Source of the DNA: a virus
Taxonomy: Duplodnaviria > Caudoviricetes
Direction: 5' to 3' (one strand)
Length of the DNA stretch: 25,103 nucleotides
Virus record (IMG/VR): IMGVR_UViG_3300033067_002342
Coordinates: 1-25,103 of that record
The first letter of the stretch is position 1, and each line of letters opens with the position of its first letter. The position numbers and the translations under genes were made by a program. The notes beneath the pieces were generated by a model that worked only from the letters and a program-made list of their open reading frames with translations, was not told where the DNA came from and searched no databases. Positions 1-9,100 of the stretch are shown here, in pieces.

Positions 1-224
1 CGGAACGTGCCGTAGTCGTTGTTCTTGAGGTAGCGCGCCGTCGCGGCGGTGATTTTCTCCGGGCACGCGAGGACAAAGCGGTCCGTGCGCTCGGAGAAAA
101 GCCCCGCGTCGCGGAGGTTGGCGATGCTCTGACCGGGCGGCTCGCGGCGGTAGACGGTGAACGAGACGCCGCCGACGACAAAGACACCGACGCCGACGAG
201 AAGACTACGGAGTTTGGAGTTCAT
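1..224 (-). CDS. Hypothetical protein with N-terminal membrane anchor or signal sequence (partial, runs off the window)
   Basis: Not in the ORF track. ATG at 222-224 overlaps the TGA of the upstream gene (TGATG coupling). Hand translation is open to the window edge: MNSKLRSLLVGVGVFVVGGVSFTVYRREPPGQSIANLRDAG... Confidence 0.75.
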   Translation of the reverse strand, partial: MNSKLRSLLVGVGVFVVGGVSFTVYRREPPGQSIANLRDAGLFSERTDRFVLACPEKITAATARYLKNNDYGTF

Positions 225-1444
225 CAGCGGCACCTAGAGGGAGAGGGGTCGTAACAAATGCGGCTGTAGATGCCGTCAAACGGGACGCCGCCAGCCGCCG
301 AGCCGCCGAGCGTCAGTGTCGAGCCGGCTGAACCCATTGCGCCGTCAAACGCCGACGATGCGGTGGCTGACCCACCAAACACAGTCATCGAGCCAGCCCC
401 CCAGAAACCGCCAATTCTGGAGATTGTGCCCGGTGCATAGGCCGGAACCGGAGCGACGCTCGGCGTGGTGGTTCCGTCAAACAAGATGACGACGTTCGAC
501 GCGCCGTAGGGGATGCGCCCGTTTGTGTCGGTGGCGGCCCAGTAGGCGGCGGCTCCGATTATGGACATCGGGTCGACCGACATCGCAATCGAGCCCGTTG
601 TCACCTGTCGCGTCACAGAGAAGACAGGGATGTCCTCATTCCGCGTCACGCCCGCAGCGACGGTGGGAATCATCGATGTGGCGTAGGCCCCTGCCTCCAC
701 CTGACAACCGCCCCAGACGACCGTGCCGGTGGCCGCCGCCGTCGAACCGTTGAGCGCCTGCGCCGCGATGGCAACGCCTGAGGATGACGCGTCGGTGACG
801 GTGACGAGGCTCCATGTCGTCGACGAGAGGCCGGTGAAGTCGGCCGTCGTGCCGTCGAGCGAGAGACGCGCGGTGTTGAGCGTGCCTGCCTTCACGAAGC
901 ACGACATCACGTACTGCGTCGCCGCCGTGACGGTGACCGTCTGCGTGCGACCCTCGAACGCTACGGCGTCGTTGTCGTCGAACTGCACGGCGAGGTTGGC
1001 GTAGGTGCCCGTCCACGGAGACACCTGCGCGCCCGTGAGTGTCGGCGTCGCCACGTCTGCCCACGTCGCGTTGGCGTAGTCGATGAAGCGAGTCAGGACG
1101 TTGGTGCGGGCGCCCTCGACGCGGAGGCCGAGCACGCCGCCGGACGACTCGACGCGCGGGAGATTGCCTGCGCACTCGACGAGCGACGCGTTGGTGATGC
1201 CGGTGGTGGCGAGCCCGACAGGGGAGCACGTCGCGCTGCCAGTGCGGGTGAACGTCATCGCCTCGCCCTTCGCGCCGGTCGGCGTCGTGCAGGCGCACGC
1301 GGTGCCCATGCCCGCGCCCGAGGCCGGGGCGAACTCGAAGAAGGCGCCAGATCTCAGCGACGGCTGCGAGAAGATGGGCCCCGCGGGGTTGGGCAGCGCG
1401 AGCACTTGGCCGAGCACCAGCGCGACGGTCAGGGCCAGCATCAC
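224..1444 (-). CDS. Head-spike/fibre-like protein with probable C-terminal ConA/LamG-like lectin domain
   Basis: 406 aa. Contains TFTRTGSAT...PRVE...GLRVEGARTNVL and GCQVEAGAYATSMIPT...VTRNED, motifs typical of phage/GTA spike-fibre proteins. Hydrophobic N-terminus, Cys-rich, start coupled to the upstream stop. Confidence 0.65.
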   Translation of the reverse strand: MMLALTVALVLGQVLALPNPAGPIFSQPSLRSGAFFEFAPASGAGMGTACACTTPTGAKGEAMTFTRTGSATCSPVGLATTGITNASLVECAGNLPRVESSGGVLGLRVEGARTNVLTRFIDYANATWADVATPTLTGAQVSPWTGTYANLAVQFDDNDAVAFEGRTQTVTVTAATQYVMSCFVKAGTLNTARLSLDGTTADFTGLSSTTWSLVTVTDASSSGVAIAAQALNGSTAAATGTVVWGGCQVEAGAYATSMIPTVAAGVTRNEDIPVFSVTRQVTTGSIAMSVDPMSIIGAAAYWAATDTNGRIPYGASNVVILFDGTTTPSVAPVPAYAPGTISRIGGFWGAGSMTVFGGSATASSAFDGAMGSAGSTLTLGGSAAGGVPFDGIYSRICYDPSPSRCR

Positions 1445-1776
1445 TGGGCCTGCGTGAAGATGAGGTCACCGGTCGATGCGGCCGAGCGGCAGCTGATGGT
1501 GACGTCGCTGCCGTTGTTGTTCGTCGTCGCGAAGAGCATCACCGTGCCGACCGGGAACTTCTCCCCGGCGGCCGCGCACGTGCCAGCGAAGCACAGGAAG
1601 GTGTCGGAGTCGGTGACGCGGAAGAGGTAGGTGGTGTTGGGCTTCAACGTCGCGCTCGAACTGCCGCCCGAGGCGCAGTCGGTGAGCTCGGTTCGGACGC
1701 CTGTGTTGAGGCTGATGCCGGTGGCCGCGACAGCCAGCCCAGCGGTGAGAAGCACGGCAAGGAGGAAGGTGCGCAT
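1441..1776 (-). CDS. Small beta-rich protein with signal-peptide-like N-terminus, possible head-spike base
   Basis: Start moved to the ATG at 1776 (MRTFLLAVLLTAGLAVA-ATG...), 111 aa, 4 Cys. Lies directly upstream of the spike-fibre-like gene. The function is inferred from position and size. Confidence 0.6.
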   Translation of the reverse strand: MRTFLLAVLLTAGLAVAATGISLNTGVRTELTDCASGGSSSATLKPNTTYLFRVTDSDTFLCFAGTCAAAGEKFPVGTVMLFATTNNNGSDVTISCRSAASTGDLIFTQAQ

Positions 1777-1804
1777 GGGCGACACCTTCACCCCGGGTGC
1801 GGAC
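1777..1804 (-). promoter_or_regulatory. GTCCGCA-box element, copy 3 (putative leaderless late promoter or operator)
   Basis: Minus strand reads GTCCGCA CCCGGGGT GAAGGT GTCGCCC ATG. Same architecture as the copies at 3074-3100 and 20470-20496. Confidence 0.6.
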
Positions 1805-1810
1805 CGAATC

Positions 1811-3073
1811 TCAGCTCGCGTAGGACTGCCGGCGCCGGCGGACGATGACGCTCCAGAGAATGGTGGTGGCTGCCTCGCCCGTCACGCGCACGCGCAGGGA
1901 CGGCGAGCTCGCGTCGATAGTGGCGTCCCACCCGGCCGTCGTCTCGTTCGTGTCGATGACGAGCGCGCCCACCAGTGACGTCGTGCCGTCATTGCGGCGC
2001 GCCGTGCCGACAATCTTGTACCCGGCCGCCTTCGCAGCATTTTGGGTGAGCCCCACCACCTGCGCCTCGAAGTGCTCCACCGAGTCGTCGGCAGGCGTCC
2101 ACGACAAAATGGTGAAGGGCGTGGCGTCCGTCGTCTTGATGCTGTTGTCGAGGTCGAACGACGCTTCGAGCTCGTCATGCGTCACCACGCCGTCGAGCTT
2201 CGTCTTGTCTGCGGCGCTCATGAAGCCAGCGGCGCCCGTCGTTGCCACCGCGTGCTGAGTGCCACCGCCTCGCACGCCGTGCTGCGCGTCCGTAGCAAGG
2301 ATGCCCACCTGAATGTCGTTGGCGTTCACGGCGATTGAGCCGTCTGCGTTGGCCCCGACGTCGAACGTGCGGTTTGCCTGGAGGTCGCCACCGCCCGTGA
2401 GGCCTGCACCGGCCGTGAGACTGCGGGTCCACAGGGCGTCGGCGCGCGCCTTGTCGGTGCCGCTTTGAAACCCCGCAGCACCGGCCGAGACGGCGTTCGC
2501 GTGCAGCGCCCCACCGCCGCGGTTGCCGTGCTGCGCATCGGTGGCCAGCACGCCCACCCGCACACCGGTCGAAGGAGCCTCAATCGAGCCATCGCCGTCG
2601 GGCTCGACGTAGAGGGTGACGAGGTCGCCAGCGAACTCGAGCCCGTTGCCAGCCAGCACGGAGCCAGGAGCGCCGGCCGACTCGAGCGCCTTGATGCGGT
2701 CGAGCAATTGTTGGTCCACCATCACCCCGAGGTCGGCAATCTCCTCGTGCGTCGTGGCATCGAAGCTGCCCTGGTTGGTCAAGTCGACGACCTGCGTCAC
2801 CGGCACCACGCGCTCGACGACGATGTAGCTGCCGTCGCTCGGCATCGGCGTCGATGCGGTGAGCGGCCAGACCTCCGTCACTTCATCGAGCGTGGGGGCG
2901 ACGTTGTACCCACCGGGGTTGACGCCTTGCACCAGCACGATGGCGCCGCCCACGATGGGGTAATACGTCACCTTGACGTGTGACGCTTCGAGCACCTCGA
3001 ACGGAACCGGGAAGTCCTCGGTGACGCCGTCTCCGTCGTACTCCACGCTGCGCACTTCGCTGCTCACGGTCAT
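1811..3073 (-). CDS. Tail fibre protein with T7 gp17-type N-terminal anchor
   Basis: Start moved to MTVSSEV (ATG at 3073), 420 aa. N-terminal YDGDGVTEDFPVPF...VERVVPVTQVVDL...F...HE...D anchor signature, fibre motif AGFMSAADKTKLDG, and position directly after the internal proteins. Confidence 0.85.
   Translation of the reverse strand: MTVSSEVRSVEYDGDGVTEDFPVPFEVLEASHVKVTYYPIVGGAIVLVQGVNPGGYNVAPTLDEVTEVWPLTASTPMPSDGSYIVVERVVPVTQVVDLTNQGSFDATTHEEIADLGVMVDQQLLDRIKALESAGAPGSVLAGNGLEFAGDLVTLYVEPDGDGSIEAPSTGVRVGVLATDAQHGNRGGGALHANAVSAGAAGFQSGTDKARADALWTRSLTAGAGLTGGGDLQANRTFDVGANADGSIAVNANDIQVGILATDAQHGVRGGGTQHAVATTGAAGFMSAADKTKLDGVVTHDELEASFDLDNSIKTTDATPFTILSWTPADDSVEHFEAQVVGLTQNAAKAAGYKIVGTARRNDGTTSLVGALVIDTNETTAGWDATIDASSPSLRVRVTGEAATTILWSVIVRRRRQSYAS
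2185..2660 (-). repeat. Two ~77-aa internal repeats in the tail fibre shaft
   Basis: AGNGL...DGSI...VGVLATDAQHGNRGGGALHA...GAAGFQSGTDK versus AGAGL...DGSI...VGILATDAQHGVRGGGTQHA...GAAGFMSAADK. Boundaries approximate. Confidence 0.85.
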
Positions 3074-3100
3074 GGCCGGAGACTGCGCCCGGCTGCGGAC
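3074..3100 (-). promoter_or_regulatory. GTCCGCA-box element, copy 2
   Basis: Minus strand reads GTCCGCA GCCGGGCG CAGTCT CCGGCC ATG. No SD sequence; GCCGG/CCGGC inverted repeat. Confidence 0.6.
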
Positions 3101-3104
3101 TGCT

Positions 3105-6100
3105 TCACTGCACCAGCGGCCTGAAGATGTTGGCCGGCTGGTTCTTCCGCTGGCCGTACATGAGGCCTGAGGTGACATCGAGAGGGTCCTCGACCGGGAG
3201 ATCGCCCAGGGTGACGTCGAGCAGGTACTTGCCTTGTGTGCTCACAGGGCCCGGAGAGAGCCCCTTGGCTTCGAGCGCCAGCTTCAGGACGGCCAGCACG
3301 CGGTCGAGCGCCGGCTTGTCGCCGTTGAGCGCCGTCCCGATGTCCTTGGTGATCAACTCGGTCAGCGTGGCGACCGGGCTGCCGCGAGCGCTCGGCGCGC
3401 GCTTCCCGAGCACTGCAGCGTCGATGGCGCGCGCCCAGTCGACGAAGGGCAGCGCCTGGACCGGGGCCGTCGCCAGCTTTCGGAGGTACCAATTGCGCCA
3501 CCGCAGGAGCGGGTTGTTCGGCTCCTCCTCGTCCTCGTCTCCCTCTTCTGGCCCACGCCCCATGAGGAGCTCGCCCAGCGCGGCGTACGCAGTGAGGAAC
3601 CCGAGCAGGCGAACAGAGACGCCCGCCACCGTCTTCACCTGCGGCCCAATGGTGGCGTCCAGAAATTCGCGCTCGAACAGCGGCCTGATGATGCGGCGCT
3701 GTGCGCGGTACGCGACGCTGAGGTAGCCGTAGAAGACAGTCAGCCGTCCACCGACTCCCTTGTCTCGAAGAATGGCCGCCTGGTCGACGGGCGAGTGAGA
3801 CGGCCACGCCTGAGACAGCACGTCGTCGGCGAACCGCACCGACTCCTCCTGCGTCCTGCCTTCGGCGAGCGCCTGCTTCACGGCACCCATCCACGTCGGC
3901 GTGGTGGTCGCCACCGCCACCGTCTCCATGAACCAAAAGGCGTGATCGCGGTACCAGCGCAGCGGCGCCGGCAGGTCCTTCTTGAGAATCTTTTTCACCT
4001 GCAGGTCGAACTGCTGCTTCGTGTTGTCCACCATCGTCCTGAGCCACGGCGACGCAGCCAGAGCCGCCTCGCGAGCGGCAAACGGCGCGCGGCCGAAGTC
4101 GCGAATGCCCATGGCCAGAAACTTCATCTTCAGCGGCGTGCTGGCCACCGCAGCGAAGGGGTTGGCCAAGTCGCCGAAGGCCGTCGACGGCTTCCAGCCC
4201 AGCAGGATGCGTGAGCCCTCAGAGCGAGCGAACGACATCAGCTTGTCGGCCACCGTCACGTCGGCGCCGGTGTTGCTCCCGACGTCGGTCAGCCAGCGCC
4301 AAATCCCGCGCGTCTTCTTATCGCCGAGGTATTTGTTGAAGGCCTTCTGCATGGCAGGCCGCAGCACCAGCCGCCCCACCGACATGATGGTTTCACGGAA
4401 GGCGATGTCGTGCGCGACCTGCGACAGGTGGCGGTAAACGACGTGCATATCGAGAGAGATGGCGTGCTCGGTCACCTCCTTCGACCTGGACTTCAGGTGG
4501 TTGTGGCTGGTGCCAGCTCGAACGAAGTGAGGGTCAAACGCCGCCGCCAGCTTCTCGTCCTGCTGTTTCTGCCCAAGCAACGAGGCGCGCACGTCGTACA
4601 CGGCCGGGACGTACCCGCCCTCGAGCACTCGCCCTGACGGCAGGCGGAACGGCTGACGTTCCACGCCCTGCGGCCGGATGCCGGTGACGCGCTCTTCGAG
4701 GTCAAAGGCCTCGCCCTTCAGCGACTCGTTCGCATCCCACACCGTTTGGACCCAGCGCAGCGCGGCGTCGGGCAGGGTGTCGATGGCTCGCGCCACCTCC
4801 TCGACGGTGATGCGCCGGCCGTCAGTGAGGCGTTGCAGGTTGCCCGGGTTGCCGACATTCAGGGCCAGCACGAGCAGTTCGTGCACCATGCGCGGGGGCT
4901 GAAGCTCTTCGATGTGGTTGGGGAAGAGCCGGTTCCCGTCGACGGCGTCCGAGAGTCGATTTTTCAACTCCTCGGGCATCGCCTCGATGGCGTCGGTGAT
5001 TGGCTGCACCGACTTCTTCAGCAGGTCGACCTTCTTGTCTCGAGCGCGGCGCATCGGGTCGATGATGGCCTTGAAGAGCGTGCTGTCGATGTTGTCGCCC
5101 GTGAGGTCTCGAATCAGGTCGACCGGGTTGGTGAGGTACCCGTCTGAGGCAGACAGGAAACTCATGGCCACATCGACAGTACTGTCAGACGTTGAAGAAC
5201 CAGGCGCGCGAAGCGCTGGCAGCGTCGACTCGATTTCAGCAAGCGCCGCCGCCTCGGTCGCCTCGATGTCGGCCATCCGTTCGCCGACCATCACCTCGTT
5301 GCGGAACCGGGCCTCGGCCAGCAGTTGGCGCAGAGCCGCGTCGAGGTGCCGCAGGTTCGCCACCGAGAGGTTCCGCCAGTCGCCGCTGCCTTGAAGCTCC
5401 GGCACCTGCAGCGCCTCCAGCCAGTCGCCGGGCACACCGCCCGACTCCTCGAGCACCGCCGCCGCGGCCTGCAGTGTCTCGCCCGTCAGTTCCGTCTCAG
5501 CGCCCAAACCGAAGACGCCCAGCAGGTAGTCGACGGCGTCACGCAGGGAAGGGGAGGCCTTTCCAAGGCGTGCACGTGCGGCAGTCTCGGTGAGGCCCGA
5601 GGCCATCTTCTCGAAGCGGTCGCGCTCCTTGATGGCGTCCAGCGTCGCTCCGTGCGTGTACGCCTGCAGTGTCTGCTCTCGGAACCAGTCGCGCGCCGCG
5701 TCCATGTTCCCCGTGCGTGCGGCGTTGCGCACCTTCACCGCGGCCGCGCGCTCCCGGCCCAGCACCTTCGCGGGCGAGAGGGTGCCCACGCGCTGGCGCT
5801 CGACAATGAGGCGCGAGGCCTGGCGCAGCATCTCGAGCGCCACCTGTCGGCCGAGCTCCGAGACGTCAGAGCCCGGCTCTGCCCGCCGGCCAAGCTCCGT
5901 CCATTCGCGGGCGAGGCGCGCCTCGACGTACGCCTGCACGCCGCTCTCGACGTCCTTGCGCAGCCGGGCCAGCTCCGCAGCACCGGCCGCGTCGCGCTCT
6001 TCGGCGAGGGCCTGCGCCCGTTGCTCCACCCACTTCACGGCCGGGGGCAGCGAGGCGATGGCCTGCAGCATGTCCTTGCCCGTCGGGTAGCCAACGAGGG

Positions 6101-9100
6101 TGGCCACCTCGTCAGGCTGCGCGCCGCCCTGCTTGCGGGTGCGGAACTTGCGCACGCCCGTCGCGCCCACCGCCGACTCGACTGCCGAGCGGTCGAGCAC
6201 CACCGGGGCCATCGCCAGCCCTGCGTCGAGCAAGTCCTTCGCCTGCCCGTCGAGGTACCGGGCAGCCTTCCGCGCCGGCAGGGCTTCGTACTCAGCCTCG
6301 GCGTCCTTGCGTGCAGCGGCCAGCTGCTCGGCGAAGTCGCGCTCGGCGTCTTCGAGGGCCTCGCGGGTGAAGCGCGCCTGCGCTTCGCGGGTGGCGAACG
6401 CGAGCGCCTCCTTATCGGCGTCCTGGTACTCCTGCCACGCCTCGGGCGACATGCCGGCCTCTTCGGCTGTTTCCCAGGGTGAGGCGCCGCGCTTGCCGTT
6501 GGCCCGGGCGATCTCCTCGTCGGTGGCCAGCAGGCGGCTGAAGATGCGGCGAATGTCGTCGTCGAGCTCGACGTCGAGCTGCGCCACCTGCTTGTAGATG
6601 CGCGTCAGCCACGCCTTCGCGCGGTTGAAGGTGCCCCACAGGCCCTTCGCTGGTGCGCGGCCCTCACGCAGGAAGGCCTCGAAGGCGCGGGCGAACTTCT
6701 CGTGCTGGTCGCGCTTCACCTCGGCACGCGACGAGACGCCCAGCCACTTCAGGGTGTCGGCCCACTGCTGCTTCGTGCGGGCCCCCGCACCTTCGGCCTC
6801 GGCCAGGTTGCCGAGCATCTCGAGGAAGCCGTGCGCCGACTCGTGGAACACCGTCGACGCGTCGGCCTTCTTGTTGAGGAACACCTTCATCACGCGAGCC
6901 ACGCCCTCAGCGCCTGGGGGTGGGCGCTCGAAGTAGCCGCGGGGGCTCGAGCGCATGTTGGCCTCGTCCTGCTGCATGCGTCCGGTGGCGGCCTCGTACT
7001 CGTCGAGCGCGACCTGGACCGTTTGCCTGTTATCGTCGGAGAGGGACTCCCACGCGCTGCGCCTCTCGTTGGTGTCGAGGCCGGTCGCTTGGCCGCTACT
7101 CGCGTCGAAGTCGACGTTGAAGTCTCCGGTTTGAATCTCTTCCTTCGTCGCAGTGAAGGCGCCGTGCAGGTGTTGGAACGGATTCCCGATTTTGGTCGGG
7201 TCGATGTCTGGCGAGCTGTACAGCGTGAAGCTGGCGTCCCATCGCTCGTCGCTGGCCGCGATCGCCGCTGCTTTGGTCAGATTGCCCTCGTCGAAGGCTG
7301 CGAAAATGGCGGCGTTGGTCCTCTTTAGCGTTGCCACCAACTCGTCGTCTCCAGCCTTGGAAAGCTCCACCTCGTTGCGCTGCAAGATGTCTCGAAGAAC
7401 GGGCACGTCAACGAGCCACACGCGCGAAGCCGCGCCCTCGGCGCCGGGCTCAACGATGATGCTGCGCCCGTCGCTCAACTTGTGCGGAGAGACGGCGGGC
7501 GTGGTGACGTCGGACTGGAAGAGGCGTTCGCGAGCGGGGCGAACCATCGATGCCTTGGTGGCGAAGTCTTTGCTCTTCCCCTTGTTTGGCACGAACCCGA
7601 AGCGTCGGTAGAACGCCTCCAGCCTCTTCACCGACGAGCCGCCGAAGTCGACCGAGGGAGAGAGAGCAACGGCCTTCCCCACGCTGTCGGCGAACTCGAC
7701 GATCTGCTTCATCACCTTGGTGCCGATGCCTTTGCCGCGCTCGCCCTCGGGCACCACGATCCTCGACACCTCGATGACCGCGCCGTTGCTCACGTCGAGC
7801 TTCACCCCGGCCTTGGCAGCCTCGGCTTCAACCTCGGCCAGAGGCTTCACCACCTGGTCTTGGTAGAAGAGCTTCTCGCCGCGCAGCAACTTCAGCCGCG
7901 TCTCTTCGGCCTGGTTCGGGTTGGCGGTGCCGGTCTTCTTCTTCTTCGCCCGGCGCAGCCCCTCGTCGATGCCGCCCAGCTGGCGCTGCTCGGTGAAGGT
8001 GCCTTCGGGGTCGTCGATGCCGAACCGCTTCAGCATGTCGAGCTGCTCGGTGCGCTTCAGGCCAGCAGCCTCGCCGGCCGCAGATTTCGGGCGCGGGGCG
8101 CTGCCTTCGACGTACGCGAGGAAGGCCTTGTAGCGGGCGACGCGGGCCTGCTGCTCAGGCACCAGCGTCTTCATGCGCCCGATGGCCGACGCCAGCGAGG
8201 CGATGGCCTCGGGGTCAGCGAGGGCTACTCGTACGGCAGTTCGTCCATCTCCTTCGCTGCCTGCGAAATCTCCTCCTCCGTCTTGGGCAGCTTCACCTTC
8301 GGCTGCATCGACAAACGGACTCGCCGCTGGCGCTCCTCGATACTGAGCTCGGGCTCGTCGCTGTTCCAGAGAACTACGCCGTTCGCGGAGATCGTCACCG
8401 GGGGTCCCCGTGTTTCGAGCTCCTCCAACGTCACCAGCCTCGACTCCTCCTTCTCCGGTTTGCTTCTCGAGCTGCTTCCTTCGGTTGAGGTCGCGGTCGG
8501 CTTGTCCATACGTTCCTTCTCCAAGCCCGAAGCGGAACCGGGCTGGTGAGAGAGACTGTGCGCTGATGCGCACAACCCCGTCAACTGAACCGCCGGGCAG
8601 TGACTCCACCATCGACACAAGCGCGGCGGCGCCGGTGAAGGGCATCTCGGTGCCATTGACGACGAGCACGCCCTCGGTCTTCGTGCCGATCTGCCCGGCC
8701 ACCTTCTCGACGTCGGCCAGCGACTGCACGGGAGTGTGCCACGCCTTCACCACCACGGTCGTGCTCTCGAGCTCGTCCCGAAGATCCGAGAGCATCTCGA
8801 TGAGGGCTTCCTTCGAGTCGCTCTTCATCGCGTACTCGTCGCCCGACATGTGCGCCGCAGCGAAGGCGTGCCCACCCATCGCCACCAACTGATCACCGAA
8901 GAACGTGAGCAGCACATCGCCCGCGCGCTTGCCCGCCTCGATGTTCACGTCGCGCAGGCCGCGCATGTCCATGCTGGCCACGAACTTGGCCGCCTTCGAC
9001 TTGAGGAAGCCCAAACGCGACAGCAGGCCGGGCACCACGTCGTCGAGGAAGGCCCGGGTGCCGAACCGCTCGCGGCTCTCGTACTTGCCCTCGGCGTCGA

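Noticed and set aside
224-3073. Diversity-generating retroelement, expected because the gene set is BPP-1-like
   Set aside because: I saw no reverse transcriptase and no template/variable repeat pair differing at adenines. One could still lie outside the window.
3070-4047. 325-aa same-strand alternative-frame ORF in the 3' end of the giant gene
   Set aside because: Arg/Gly/Ala-rich off-frame composition. The main frame keeps largely normal codon bias here, unlike at 8225-8509.
8510-8656. Upstream extension of the nested ORF to 143 aa as given in the ORF track
   Set aside because: The SD-like sequence and the clear codon-bias switch begin at the ATG at 8509; the extension reads as off-frame sequence.
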